Assembly (NCBI RefSeq): GCF_006345805.1
Contig: NC_043003.1
Coordinates: 100,006,001-100,070,000, forward strand
Length of the DNA stretch: 64,000 nt
Direction of reading: 5' to 3'
From: Octopus sinensis
Lineage: Eukaryota
Part shown: positions 11,709 through 24,879 of the stretch, in pieces
Numbering within the stretch: the stretch's first letter is position 1
Layout of the letters: each line of letters starts with the position of its first letter
The notes under the pieces: model-generated
The model's database searches: none
What the model was told of the DNA's origin: nothing
The model's input: only the letters and a program-made list of their open reading frames with translations
Position numbers and translations under genes: made by a program

Positions 11709-12969
11709 TTGGGTTGGCAACTAAGTTCCTGCTGTTTTTTTTTAATTTTGGAGTTTATTGCATTTTTAAATTTTGGAATCTATTTTTTTCCAGAATTCTA
11801 TTTTTGAATCATTTTGGAATCTATTTTCTTTTTTTCTAGTTAATTTTTCTTTATTTTCAGATCATTAAAATGGAATGTCAAGTTAAGGAAAATGAGCATT
11901 TTCGATACCTTATTCTTTTTGCTTTTAATCAAGGTTCTAAGGCCGCAAAAGCTGCTCACAGCATTTGTGCTGTGTATGGAAAGGGTGCCGTAGCTGAAAG
12001 AACCGCTTGTGATTGGTATGCCGAGTTCAAAAATGAAAATTTTGGCCTCAAAAGATGCACCTCATTCTGGCCGTCTAGTTAAGTTCAATGAAGAACAATT
12101 AAACCAACTTTTGCATGAAAATTCAAACGACACGGGAACTGGCAGAGAAAATGGAATGCTTCCACACTGCTATAGAGAAGAATTTTCACTCGATGGGAAA
12201 GGTTCAGAAGTATGGAGCATGGGTTCTGCATGCTTTAAGTGACAACAACAAAAATCAATGAGCCACAATCTCTACTGGTTTGCTTGCTCGTCACCATTCA
12301 ACTCATTGATACAAGCAACGATTTCTTTACCGAATTGTTACTGGAAACGAAAAATAGTGCCTGTACATCAATATGAAGCAGCGTAAGGAATGAAATAGCT
12401 CTAGTAAACAAGTGACACTATGCATGAAACAAGATCTTCATCCGCGTAAAACGATGTGCATATGGTGGGACTGGGAAGGGAATATCCATTATGAATTGCT
12501 TGAACAGAACCAAGCGGTCAATGCAGAACTCTATGTTCAACAGATGGAATGACTCAACACAGCTATTCAAGAGAAAAGACATAATCGTCAGCATGGAGTT
12601 CTTCTGCTGCACGACAAAGCCCACCCTCATATGACCAATATGACCAAGGAAGCCATTCAAACACATGGCTGGGAAGTGCTGCCACACCTGCTGTACTCTC
12701 TTGATTTGGCACCAATGGATTTCCACCTCTTTCGATCCCTTTTAAATGCTATGTGCAGAGTTTCATTCAATACTGATACAGAATCGAGAGCTTGGTTGGA
12801 TCAATTTTTTGAGTTGAGATTGGGTGATTTCTACAAACAAGGTATTGAAAATCTTGTTGAATGTTGGGAAGAAGTTGTAAACAACAAGGGTGAATACATT
12901 ATTGATTAATTAGTTGTTATTTTTTATTAAACCTTTTAAAAAATGGCAGGAACTTAGCTGCCAACCTAA
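11709..12969 (+). mobile_element. mariner (DD34D) DNA transposon, full length, inactive
   Basis: About 30-bp TIRs TA|ttgggttggcaactaagttcctgc ... gcaggaacttagctgccaacctaa|TA. Frameshifted transposase: MECQVKENEHFRYLILFAFNQG, RIVTGNEK, WWDWEG, LLHDKAHPH, HLLYSLDLAPMDFHLFRSL. Confidence 0.93.
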
Positions 12970-13429
12970 TATCTGGGGCAATTTATAATGTATAGATAAA
13001 CTAAGTTTTGTTTGTCTATTTGATGCATAGATGTAAAGATTTTTCTTAGCTCACTTCTGATGCTTTGTGAGGGCCATTTGACTCTGTCACCCCACTGAAT
13101 TTCATAACCCACGTGCATACACACACACACACATGCACACACACAGTGTGAGTGATATATATATATATATATTATATAGAGGGCACTATTACACATAGAT
13201 GCTGCATGCTGGGAGGGACTCTTAAAGTCAAAACTACTAAAATAACCACGTCGTACTGAAACAATTCTCAAAGCAGATAATTTAAAAACAGAATTTAGCC
13301 ACATATCACACTGTGATTTCGTAATCGGTGCAGTATTATGCACTCTTTACTCTTCAGTATATGTATATATATATACACAGAGTGAGAGAGAGTGTGGTAA
13401 ATGTATAAAAATGGGGTAAGAACTGCCTA

Positions 13430-15305
13430 TATAAAAAAAGAAAATTAATGTGTTGGCTGCCAGAAAATCTATCATAAAGTTTGATAATAAGTTGTGGGTC
13501 TGTAAAGACACACCAGATGGTTTTGATGTTACAATGGGAAGTTCTGATTCAGCACAAGTAGCTGATTTAGTTTGTATATATATATACTTTTTGAAATGGC
13601 AGAACAGTTCCCAAACATAAATGGAGGTCTATATCGTGATGATTGTTTACCTTCAAAATGTTTCTAACCAAAAAGTACAAAAGGTTAAGAATAGTTTAGT
13701 TAAGTTTTTCCATGGAATGGGCTTAGGTATCGTTTTTGATGATAATGTAACAAAAGTCAACTTTTTAGATATTACACTTAACTTACACAATAATTTGTAC
13801 TTCCCATACCACAAACCATTGACCAATCTTAAGTACATTAGCAAATTTAGTAATCATTCTAGGGCAATTACTAAGAACTTAGTTAAGAATATTTCATTTA
13901 GATTGTCTTAGTTATCTGCTAATATTGACATTTTCAATGATAACGCTGAATTTTATAACTCTGCCTTACTTAAAGCAGGTTATACAGAGAAAGTTACCTA
14001 CATTAATTCCATTCATCTTATTCTACCTTTACTAATGGAGACATGAAATCTAGTTGTAAGGATATAAATGATATCAATTTTAATTTATACGCCAACACCA
14101 AACAGAGGAATGGAGATAACCCTTATTTAACCCCCTTTTTTTCATTCTAAAGGTAAATCTATGTCTTTCAAAGATAGTTACACTAAAAATAAGGCAACTA
14201 ATAGTAAAACTATTTGGTTAATTATTCCTTACGGGAGGCAAATTAAATCTAATCTTCCTTTGCAGTTTCGTGAAGCTATTATTAGGAATTTTCCAAAGAA
14301 TTCTAGGTATTACTCTATTATCAAATCACAAACAGTTAGGATTGATTTTTCCAACACAAAAAATCTCTTACAAATTATCTCCTCACATAATATTAGCCTG
14401 TTAAATAGGGATACATTTACTAATACTAACATTAATTTAGCTAATACCATCCATCCCCCTAGAAATATTAATAACAAGGTTATTGTATCTGAAGTCAATT
14501 CCAACAGAATCAAGTTTATGTCAAGTAACTCTAAAATTAAAAATTCTATATACCAGTGTAAAATTACTTCAGGTAATGATGTAATTTTTATATAGGCAGT
14601 TCATCTCCTCAGTTATCTAAAAGAATTTCTAATCATTACTCTACATTGAGGGATAGGAATAGACATAACAGTTCAGGGCTTAGTAAATTAATTTGGTATC
14701 TAAAAGACCACAATAAACAATTTAATTTGGATTGGTTGATTCTCTCAATTTCGATCCCTTATGATAAAGGCAAGGAATTCTGTCTTCACTGTAATTCTGA
14801 ACTATTTTTTATTCTTTTTTCTAAAAATCTCCTTGCAAACACGGTTATAGAGTGTGCATACCGATGTAAACATTGGCAGAAATATGCCTTTAGTTCATAT
14901 AAATGATATCTATCATTTTATATAATTTAAACATTAATTTTCTTCTTACATTTCACATTCACTAGATATATCTTTTTCTAAGACTTTAGGGTTTTATTTA
15001 ATTTACACATTGTTATATACTTCTCATTTGGTTTTTTTCTTTCCTTTGCCCCTCCTCTTTCTCTAGGCTACCTTTGACGTTATATCCTCTAACGTCTTTT
15101 TACAAAAACTTAATAGCGTTCAGTTTATCACTATATATATCCATCATATTCTGTTAAAATGTCTTATTGACAAGTTTCAATTCTTCATTTCCCTGAAGAG
15201 AAGATTACATTGTTTTACACCATTTTATTCCTTTGAAATAATATCAGTGATATCTTCGAAACATGTGTCGGAAGTAAAAGAATTTGAATAACAACTGCGT
15301 TTAAC
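13430..15305 (+). mobile_element. Penelope-like retroelement (RT plus GIY-YIG endonuclease), 5' truncated, degenerate
   Basis: FDVTMGSSDSAQVADL, GLYRDDCL, VNFLDITLNL, YHKP...SNHS, NSIYQCKIT...FYIGSS, LSKLIWYLKD, FCLHCNSE...CKH, followed by an AT-rich 3' region with a hammerhead. Confidence 0.85.
15176..15288 (+). ncRNA. Type I hammerhead ribozyme with canonical core, at the PLE 3' end
   Basis: CTGAAGA 15193-15199; stem II gaagat/atcttc; GAAA 15258-15261; stem III AC(ATGT)GT; cleavage triplet GTC 15267-15269; extended stem I ttcaattcttcatttcc/ggaagtaaaagaatttgaa. Confidence 0.8.
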
Positions 15306-15351
15306 TCCATTTATATATATATATATATATAATGATGTGTGTGTGTGTGTA

Positions 15352-15386
<35 letters not shown>

Positions 15387-15799
15387 ATGTATGCATGTAT
15401 GTATAGATATATATACGCAAAATTGTTATTCATTAACAAGAATAGTATTGAGAGTGACTTGGAAGTTCTGGCTAGTTAAACCATCATCAGTCCAAAGGTA
15501 TTGATTAATCTTTCAGTTTAATGTAAGACTGTTTTTATTATAACATAAAAAGAAATTTGATCCAGAAGTTTGATTCCTCTAGAGTTGGTTCTCTCTTAAG
15601 TATCCCCTTAGCTCTTGTAGCAGTTTATGATGGTACTGCTATGCCAGTCATTGGGTATAACATCCTTCTGAATGACTTGATTAACTATCTAGGTGATAAT
15701 CTTGCACTTCCCCACATATACGAAGTGTCTCTGCAACTATCCCTGACGAACCCACAGCTTTCCCCTTCTTCATAACCTTGATCTTTTTATCTAATACAC

Positions 15800-16560
15800 T
15801 GCTGTCAACTTGATTTGTTAGCTCCTCTATTGGGTCAGAACAGTGTAAGCCCTGTTTATCTCATGCATTCCCCACATTCTGTAATCTGCCTTGGTAGCAC
15901 TTCCATACCAGTCTCTTTCATTCCATATCAATAGTGAGCTTGCTGTCATTATTTCAAACACACTTCTTACCAATGACACCTTGATAACAATCCTGAATAC
16001 TTCCAGTCTCTGATCTTCCTGTTACAGGATGTGCAAATCTCTTCTTTTTGCTTCACCTTTAACCAAGTACACCTGATGCCTAGATGCCTTTCTTGTCATT
16101 AAGTCCCTATCACCATCATTCTTCCAGTTTTCCCACACTTATCTCTTGGCCTTGACTGCCCTATCAACCTTATCATTCCACCACTATGCTACTTTTGACT
16201 CAGCTGGCACTCTTCTCCAACCACATGTCAGATATGTAACCCATAGCAGATTATCTTATAAAATCTCCAATTGATGTCTATGCTACATTTAATTAAATCT
16301 TCTCCTTTATAGACATGCACATCACTTAGAATTTCTCTAAACCAGTTCTCAATTGCTGGATCTTTTAATTTTCAAAGCTTCCTTCTCTGTGCTGGGGTTT
16401 TTTTTTTTGTGTCCACTAAGCTCTGGTACAGAAGTCATTAACCTATGCTGCATAGTGCATTCTTTGCTAGGAAAGGTTTTGTATTCACAATAATAGTTCT
16501 ATCCTGTTGTCTGATGAGAATGTAATCTATCTGTGTATTCGCCATATTTGTAGGTGATAT
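15800..16560 (-). mobile_element. RTE LINE fragment (endonuclease-to-RT linker region)
   Basis: Minus-strand remnants such as WWNDKVDRAVKAKR and YLVKGEAKRRFA, with many stops. Boundaries approximate. Confidence 0.7.
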
Positions 16561-18059
16561 GGTGGTTGGATAGTTCCTTAAAGAGTGCGTTGCAAATTGT
16601 TAGAACAGTTGCATCACAAATCTTCAGAAGCTTTATATCTGCCTCATTTCTTAAGCCATGGCCATAGCCTGCATGTACATCATCAAAGCCATTTAATGTT
16701 CATTGATGTCGCCTGTTTTGATAATGTGGTCTCTATGTATAAGGCGGAGTGCATTGTGACCGAACCAGAGATGAACAGAAGAAAGTGTTAAGAAAGAAAT
16801 TTAAATGTGTCAACAGCTAAGGAAGGAAAGAGAAAGAAAAGCCAAATATTTCATTAAAGTGGGAGTGGAGTTGACGTTTGTGCAGACAACTCCAGGCACT
16901 TGGAAACACTACATGATGCTCCACAAATAGTTTTCTACATTCACAGAGCAGTTTATCTCTCTTCCCAGGTGGAAATTATCAATATTGTTCACTGTAAATT
17001 GCCAACATCAAATATATTATGTCCAGGAATAAATATTACAGTTAAGTGTTCATGAGTTTGCTCCAGTTTTTATTCATGCAACCAGCAACCACTTTCCACA
17101 TGTACACAACAGCAGTGTTGAGATAATGTTCATACAACAATGATAATTAAGTCATCTACTTTGACAATGGTGACTCAGACATTTGAAGTATATCATCATT
17201 AACCAGTTCAACTCAAGCAACAAGCAAACCACATGACTCAAGAAAAGGCCAGTAAAATCACAATACTGGTGACAACTGACATTCATCTTCTTGACATTTG
17301 CTGCTGTCCAGACACAAGAAAAGGCCAACAAAAACCGTGGCAATAGTGATCTGATTCATCAACCTCAAGAACATCAAATCATTCCTACCACTACCAACAA
17401 TAGTGTATAAAGATCAAATGAGCAGATGTCAAAAGCTAATAACTTTATCACCACAATACCTACCTCTTTAAGGTATAATACTGATTGCATCTAGTAATGG
17501 CTTAGCTGTATTTTTACATGCATTGAATACAGAATAAATACTGAAAGAATGTCTATGTAACAATGATAAGTTCGTAAAATATGCAGTTTTCTGCATAGTG
17601 AGAGGTGAGGTGCATAAATCAATTTGCTGCCCTCAACACTCTGTGATGAGTTAAGTGCCAAATTGTTTTTATAAGGTGTTAAGGGGCCAAATTCTAGAAC
17701 ATCTGAGAAAGGTGTATCATGCCACAGCTTCATGCCGATTGATTGATTTCTAGATCAATCATGTGAAACTGTGGTGGTTTTCTTATAAGGCCTAACTGAT
17801 TGTCTAGCAGTTAGGGTTTGAATCACCTCTATACTATTAGTCATAATACTAACATTAAGTGAATGAATAAAAGAATAGATGAAAATTCTAATTGTAGGGA
17901 AAAGCTACATATTGTATCTTATCTGTAAGAGTCCATCATTGAATGAGTATTCATACAAGCCATGTAACAGAGTTTGAAAAGTGAGAAGACAAAGAGTTTA
18001 GCATATGTATTATGGAGGTACAAAAATCAAACTATATGTATATACTTATATATGATGGT

Positions 18060-18205
18060 TCATTTCAGATTCTTTCTACTAAATCCACTAACAAGGCTTT
18101 GGTTGGCTTATGGCTGTAGTACAAAACATTTGCCTAAGATGCCACACAGTGGATTGAACTCAAAATTACATGGTTGGAAATCAAACTTCTCAACCACACA
18201 TCCCT
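18060..18205 (-). mobile_element. SINE family 1, degenerate
   Basis: tctactaaatccactaacaaggctttgg...gatgccacacagtggattgaactc...cttctcaaccacac. Confidence 0.7.
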
Positions 18206-19362
18206 GCCTGTGCCTCTGTGTGTGTGTGTGTGTGTGTGTGAGTGTGTGTGAGAGAGAGAGAGATCTTTAATATATTTATGATTTGCTTGATTGACTTTGC
18301 AGTCACTGACTATTTTTACCCTCCCCCCTCCTTCTCTTTTTTTTCCTCCTCTGTTGTTGTCTTGTGTATCCTATTGTCTTTCATATCTCACACCATTCAG
18401 CTATTGCTCTTATTGCTGCTAACAGAGATATTGTTTTTTTTCTTCTAAAGAATGTTTGATGTTTGTGAAATGTGTCATAGTGTCTGTTTCTGCTTTATAT
18501 AATTCTAGATCAATGAGCCCATATATTGATAGTCAAAGCATATGTCATACTTGAAAATGAAGCCTAAAGCCAACCCAGAATATTTGAAAATGTTACAAGG
18601 CTACAATGTCAATGATGAATAATATAGTTAATTTGTCTATTGATGATTAAAAAACAATTAGAGCATATAAGTGAAGAAAATGTAAGTTAATTCCTCAATT
18701 CACCTATGTGGAAACAGTGATCACATACAACTATGCTGAATTGCGATCTCAACCAATGACAAATCATAATAATTGAATTATGTTTTAAGAAATAACATTA
18801 AACAGGAGATAAACTCTCTGTATAGATAAATCAACATTAATTACACATAAATCAACATTACAATAATGTATTTTAGTCATTCTTAATGTGTTCTGGCAGA
18901 TTCAAACATAAATATGCTGATCACTGTTGTATTTTATCATCGGCAATGTGACACATGATTCAGTTTCTCTCAACCACGTCTGCCCACAAGGCTTTGTCAA
19001 TTCAAAGCTATAGCATGAGGTACTAACCCAAGATGGTGCACAATCAGACTCATGAATTCTGAGTATTTATCGATTCCAAAGACAACCTCATTTGAACCTT
19101 TGGGGTGGTATCCAGCAATTTGGGAGTCTCTGATTTAGAGTAAAAGGTAAGATTTAGATTCCATGGAACAAACTTCAGAATTTGGACTCAAGTTCTAGTT
19201 AATTTCTTTTTACTCCCTTCATCTATTTAGATACTGACAAGTTGGCTCAGTTGGTTATGGTTCCATGCTAATAATGTACATGTCACAGATTTGTGACACC
19301 AAACTGAGAGAGAGAGAGAGAAAGAGAGAAGAATCAATGAATATAATAACTAAAGATGCAGT

Positions 19363-19824
19363 ACAGTTCTATATTTAAGAGACGAGGAATTATGTACATT
19401 ATTTACATTATTTACATTCGACAGATATTTGTCCTCATCTTGTTTGTTGTTAACACAATGTTTTAGCTGATATACCCTCCAGCCTTCTTCGGGTGTCTTG
19501 GGGGAAATTTCGAACCTGGGTTTTCATTCCTAAGGTATTTTTCGGTGTTATTATTATTATTGTTGTTGTTGTTGTTGTTGAGGTCACTGCTTGGAATTGA
19601 ACTCAGAATCTTGGGGTTAGTAGCCCGCACTCTTAACCACTACACCACTCTGAAAAGATACAAAAGATATGTGGCCCATACGACATCAGGACAGTATTCA
19701 AGAGTAATACAACACTTTGCAAATATATCCTTTGAGTAAAACCAATAGAAAAGAATATGACCAAAGACTGCATGTATTCTATCCCATGCAGCTGTGGACA
19801 AATATCCATCGAATGTAAATAATG
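19363..19824. mobile_element. Penelope-like inverted composite: minus tRNA-head/hammerhead unit fused to a plus PLE ORF fragment and tail
   Basis: 19364-19648 is the reverse of the 4808-5088 unit. 19649-19800 encodes SEKIQKICGPYDIRTVFKSNTTLCKYIL*VKPIEKNMTKDCMYSIPCSCG, typical of the region preceding a PLE GIY-YIG. Perfect 12-bp direct repeats taaagatgcagt at 19351-19362 and 19825-19836. Confidence 0.8.
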
Positions 19825-20224
19825 TAAAGATGCAGTGTTGTCACAATCTTTGCAACAATTTATATTGTTCTTTCTCCCTTCCATCTCCATATCACTCTCA
19901 CCCTCTCAACTTTCTAGTCTTTCTCTTGCATGTTAACATTAACACCCACTCTTACTCAGCCTCTCACCTCTCAGAACCTTCTGCCTTACAATCTGTCTCT
20001 CTGTCTCTCTTTCTCTCTCTCTCACCCATTACAACTCCAAGTTAGCTTCATCTCACTCATATTTCATTCCTACTCTCTGATATTTCAGTATAAACTTCAT
20101 CGTCACAAGTACCAACACCATTAACCACTACCATCTCTTATTTTTATTTTCTTTAACTTTCTCCACTTGCTATTATCTTGACCATAGTTGTGTATTCAAT
20201 TTAACACATAAAAAAGAATGTTCT

Positions 20225-20280
<56 letters not shown>

Positions 20281-22419
20281 GAGATTCTGTCTGTTTGTTT
20301 GTACTACAAAATGAAAGTAAATGGTTCAGGGGAAGCTATTATGCTTTTTATATATATATGAAATCGAAATTCTGTCTCTTTCTCTGGCAAAATGTAAGTA
20401 ACTAGTTCAGGGGAAGCTATTATGCTGTTGCCTAATTTATCTCAACAAAAATTATGCAATGGTACAACCCTAATTGTGCACAAACATATGAGGAAGTGCA
20501 CTAAGGCAAATGCACCCTGAAATAAAACAAAAAACATTGTTTATAAAGAAATTTTCACTTTTAATGCAACATGAATACTTCAATAACTAAATTTGCCATT
20601 ACTATCATTACATTCAAGAATGACTAAATTACCTATTTAAATAAACTGAAGAGTGTAGACTCGAAATGTAAAAGACTTTCTCACTTTCCCGAGCGTCAAA
20701 CTAATACACCTGCTTGTTGTTATATAAATATGTATTAGGACATATATATATGCAGAGTTGGGTATAAGTCTGTTAATCTGTTAATCCTTAATTAATGAAG
20801 TTAACATTTTCGTTAATGATTTAACTTTTTAAGTTAACTTCAAAAATCATTATCAGACTAATTAACTTCCATTATATCTAGCTTCCTTAAATCAAGTTCG
20901 TTAACCCCAAAATTTCATAAAAACTGGTAAACATTTAAAAGATGCTATTGTTTTCAGATTGTCTTAGCATATTTAATTATCCCATCTGGGATAATCAAAC
21001 AGGTAAGATGCATTAAGAATTTCAATTTTAGTTTTTATCCATAGAGTTATTGCTTTTACACCTGTTAATTAAATTTACCTGCTCCTAAAAATTAAATTTT
21101 CACACCAAGATCAGCAAAAATTACATAACTATAAACCAGTGGTATATAAAGCATCCACTGACAAGATTTCAAATCTGTATGTAAAAAATTTACAAAGTTA
21201 CAAGCAAATATTGTGGACACCTGAATAATTCAAAATAATGTGACAGATTAATATGAACACTAAAGATGTTTTAAGGTGTTTTTTTTTCTTACACCTACAC
21301 ATAACATGGCCTTGCTTTGTTAGGATTACATGTGTGTTACTTTGACATCATCATTCCATAAAATTTATTTATGGGGAGAAAAATATTGAAAAATATCAAT
21401 AGATGTGTGAGTGAGAAATATACGACGAGGGAGGTTTTGGGATGTGCTAGAAATAACAGCCAGATCTCCCTTAAATCCCACATTTTCCTCTGAAATTATT
21501 AACAACTTTTTTAAAAACAAAAAATATTTTTCTCATAGGTTTTAAGTGCATAGTGAAAAAAAATATGGCCAAAATCATTTCAGACTAGGGTGGTGAGGGG
21601 GTGGCGGGAGTGAAATAAATAAATTTTCAAAATTTGCTTCTGTTTTTTTTTGTTCGTGAAAAGATGCCTCCCATCATTTGGTGAAAAACATTGAAAAAAT
21701 TCCCATCAAAACGGAGAAATCCCAACTTATGTGGGCCATCTGATCCGAAACTCTGTTTTCCAGGAACTCCCCTTCCCTGCCCCCTCCCCAAAATTTTGCC
21801 TACTGATTTCTTTGTAATCGTAAAGGTATTTGTATAAAATTTCATTAAAAAAATACCTATTTTCCAGAAAGTTATGGGGGGTGGGGAAATAATTGAACTA
21901 TTCACACATATTGGTATAATTCTGATAATAGATAAAGGTATTGTCAAAATTGCAGAAAGTAGGCAGAAGTATACATGCAAACACACAATTACACAATCTA
22001 TGTAGTTACATATAAACATTTAGGTACATTTCATATACTTTCACTTCAAATCAAAACAGGAGGGTGAGTCATTGTAAAATGAATTTGAAGTAGTCATATT
22101 CACATGAATCTACAATGCAAATTATTATTTATGAAAAGGTGTTGCTTGCCAACTGCATGTCAGGTGTACAAGAAAACGGAATAGTTTAGTTGGTTATGAT
22201 TATTTTAAAATTACAGTGCCTTACAGACCTTGTGTACCCCTGCAATTTCTCTTGCATATCCTTAGGGGTACATGTACCCTGATCCCAGAACATCTGTGTT
22301 AATATTTTATTGTTATATTGACATTTTTTTAACAAGAATGCATTGTGTATTAATAAGAGGTGTAATAAATGTGTTTTCATTTTAAATATGGCATTTTAAA
22401 GGGCACTGAATAATAGTTT

Positions 22420-22635
22420 CTGATTTAGGCACAAGGCCAACAATTTTGTGGAGATGGAATTTATTTGATATTTTCAATTCCTGTATTTAACTGGTACCTT
22501 ATTTTATTGACCTTGAAAGGACAAAAAGGCAAAATTAACCTCAACCAGATTTGAACTCAGAATTTAGAGTTGGAACAAATACTGCAAAGCATTTTATCGC
22601 ATGTGATAATGATTCTGCCAGCTCACTGCCCTTAT
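22420..22635 (-). mobile_element. SINE family 2
   Basis: ttgaccttgaaaggacaaaaaggcaaaattaacctc...tttgaactcagaa...gattctgccagctcactgcc. Confidence 0.7.
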
Positions 22636-22804
22636 AGCAAGCTCTGTCACTAAGGGGGTGCACTGGATGGCACTGCACCCTCACTATTCAATGGTGCACC
22701 CTCAATTTAGTGATACACTTATTTCAAAACTCTACTTTAGCATTATTACAAATTAGTGCCCACACAGAATTTTCTGAAGCACCTACTGGTGACAGGCCTA
22801 CTTT

Positions 22805-23350
22805 ATATCATCATCATTGTTTAATGTCCGCTTTCCATGCTAGCATGGGTTGGACGATTTTGACTGAGGGCTGGTGAACCAGATGGCCGCACTAGGCTCC
22901 AATCTTGATTTGGCAGAGTTTCTACAGCTGGATGCCCTTCCTAACGCCAACCACACCGAGAGTGTAGTGGGTGCTTTTTATGTGTCACTGGCACGGGGCC
23001 AGTCAAGCAGTACTGGCAACAACCTCGCTCGAATCCTTTTACACATGCCACCAGCACAGGTGTCAGTAAGGTGACATTGGTAATGATCACGCTCGAATGG
23101 TGCCCTTTTACGTGCCACTGGCATGGAATCAGTTGGCTGCTCTGGCAATGATCATGCTCGGATGGTGCTCTTGGCACCCTACTAGCACAGGTACAAGTGC
23201 CAGTAAGGCGACGCTGGTAACAATCACGCTCGAATGGTGCCCTTTTACGTGCCACTGGCACAGAAGCCGGTTAGCCGCTCAGTCAATGATCACGCTAGTA
23301 TGGTGCTCTTTGCACCCTGCTAGCACGGATGCCAGTCATCGAATTTGATC
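22805..23350 (-). mobile_element. RTE 3'UTR/tail with expanded tandem array
   Basis: (CAT)n plus gtccgctttccatgctagcatgggttggac, followed by repeated aatgatcacgctcgaatggtgcc(c/t)tttt(acg)tgccactggcac units. Confidence 0.85.
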
Positions 23351-23519
23351 TTGATTTTGCTTTTGATTTTGATTGATTTATAGTTACTGTAAAGTTGTTT
23401 CAAATAATGGTACAAGGCCTGCAATTTTTAGGTAGAGGAGATTAGTCAGTACTGTTGACTCCAGTCTGGTATTTTATTTTATCGACCCCCAAAAAGACAA
23501 GGGGCAAACTGAATATCAA

Positions 23520-24050
23520 TGAGATTTTCACTTAGAACGTAAGGAGCCTGAAGAAATGCTACTACATTTGTAATTATTTCTGTCTAAGGCATCACCTATA
23601 CCTTTGTAGTAGTTGACAATAATGTTGCTACAACCTGGTTCATTATACCGTCCATATCCCACTTTGTGAGATATCTTAAGCATTTCAACAGTGATTCCTG
23701 TTGAGTCAGGCGTTTTCTCTGTCTTATCTTTAATTGCTTTATCTACCAAGCTATTGTTAATTTGGATAGCTGTTGGATCCACATTATGTAGATTTAACTT
23801 CTCCCATGAGTTCTTCACATTTAGCAGCCTTTCATAGTAGCACTTTGAAGTTTCTTTCTTTGCAGAATCATTAAGTGCAAGTGAACCATTATCAATGAGA
23901 ACACACTTCTCTTCAACATAATTTTCTCTGACACAGTCTTGAAACATTTCAGGCCTCTAATCCTCATGCCACAGAATATTGGCAAACTTCTACCTTTCTG
24001 CTTCTCCCCTAGCTAAATATACATGTCTCCTAGCCCTTCTAGCTACCTGA
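23520..24050 (-). mobile_element. RTE LINE fragment (pre-RT region)
   Basis: ORF 23528-23947: CYYERLLNVKN, TGITVEMLK, IIVNYYKGIGDALDRNNY. Confidence 0.85.
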
Positions 24051-24264
24051 TATATTTATTATTATAAATATAAATACTGCTGATGTCATAAGAATTCATA
24101 AATTTTTGAGAATGTGAAATAATTTTTTTATGGAACTAAGTCTCAAAGCACATAAAGTTACAAATAATAGCATGTAAATATTAGGTTGAAAAATTCTTTT
24201 GGACATGTTTACAGATGTGAGTTCAAATCCTGCAGGGATCTTTTTCAATCCATTCATAGGTTTA

Positions 24265-24480
24265 TATACTCTTTTACTTGTTTCAGTCATTTGACTTCGG
24301 CCATGCTGGAGCACCGCCTTTAGTCGAGCAAATCGACCCCGGGACTTATTCTTTGTAAGCCCAGTACTTATTCTATCGGCCTCTTTTGCCGAACCGCTAA
24401 GTGACGGGGACGTAAACACACCAGCATCGGTTGTCAAGCAATGCTAGGGGGACAAACACAGACACACAAACATATACACA
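24265..24480. mobile_element. Interspersed repeat family 3, CpG-intact copy
   Basis: Near-identical to 11295-11495 but retaining its CpGs. Confidence 0.75.
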
Positions 24481-24507
24481 CACACTTATATATATATATA
24501 TATATAC

Positions 24508-24666
24508 GACAGGCTTTTTTCAGTTTCCGTCTACCAAATCCACTCACAAGGCATTGGTCAGCCTGGGGCTATAGCAGAAGACACTTGCCCAAATTGCCAT
24601 GCAGTGGGACTGAACCCGGAACCATGTGGTTGGTTAGCAAGCTACTTACCACACAGCCACTCCTGC
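24508..24666 (-). mobile_element. SINE family 1
   Basis: ttcagtttccgtctaccaaatccactcacaagg...gggactgaacccggaaccatgtgg...cacagccactcctgc. Confidence 0.85.
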
Positions 24667-24726
24667 AGCCCATCTTAAATTCCTACACAGACACACACAT
24701 ATATATATATAAATATATATATGTAT

Positions 24727-24870
24727 ACGATGGGCTTCTTTCAGTTTCCGTCTACCAAATCCACCCACAAGGCTTTGGTCAGCCCAAGGCTATAGTAGAA
24801 GACACTCGCCCAAGGTGCCACACAGTGGGACTGAACCCAGAACCATGTAATTGGTAAGCAAGCTACTTAT
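24727..24870 (-). mobile_element. SINE family 1 (second tandem copy)
   Basis: Same sequence, ending at gcaagctactt. Confidence 0.85.
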
Positions 24871-24879
24871 TCTATTCTG

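Noticed and set aside
16570-17460. Complex non-repetitive stretch possibly coding
   Set aside because: No sustained ORF, splice pair or motif recognised. Probably an old repeat remnant.
20640-20720. ctgaagag...ctcgaaatgtaaaagac hammerhead-like motif
   Set aside because: Stem II does not pair beyond one base pair, the stem III C is mutated, and the 5' arm of stem I is missing. At most a dead remnant of a PLE-type repeat.
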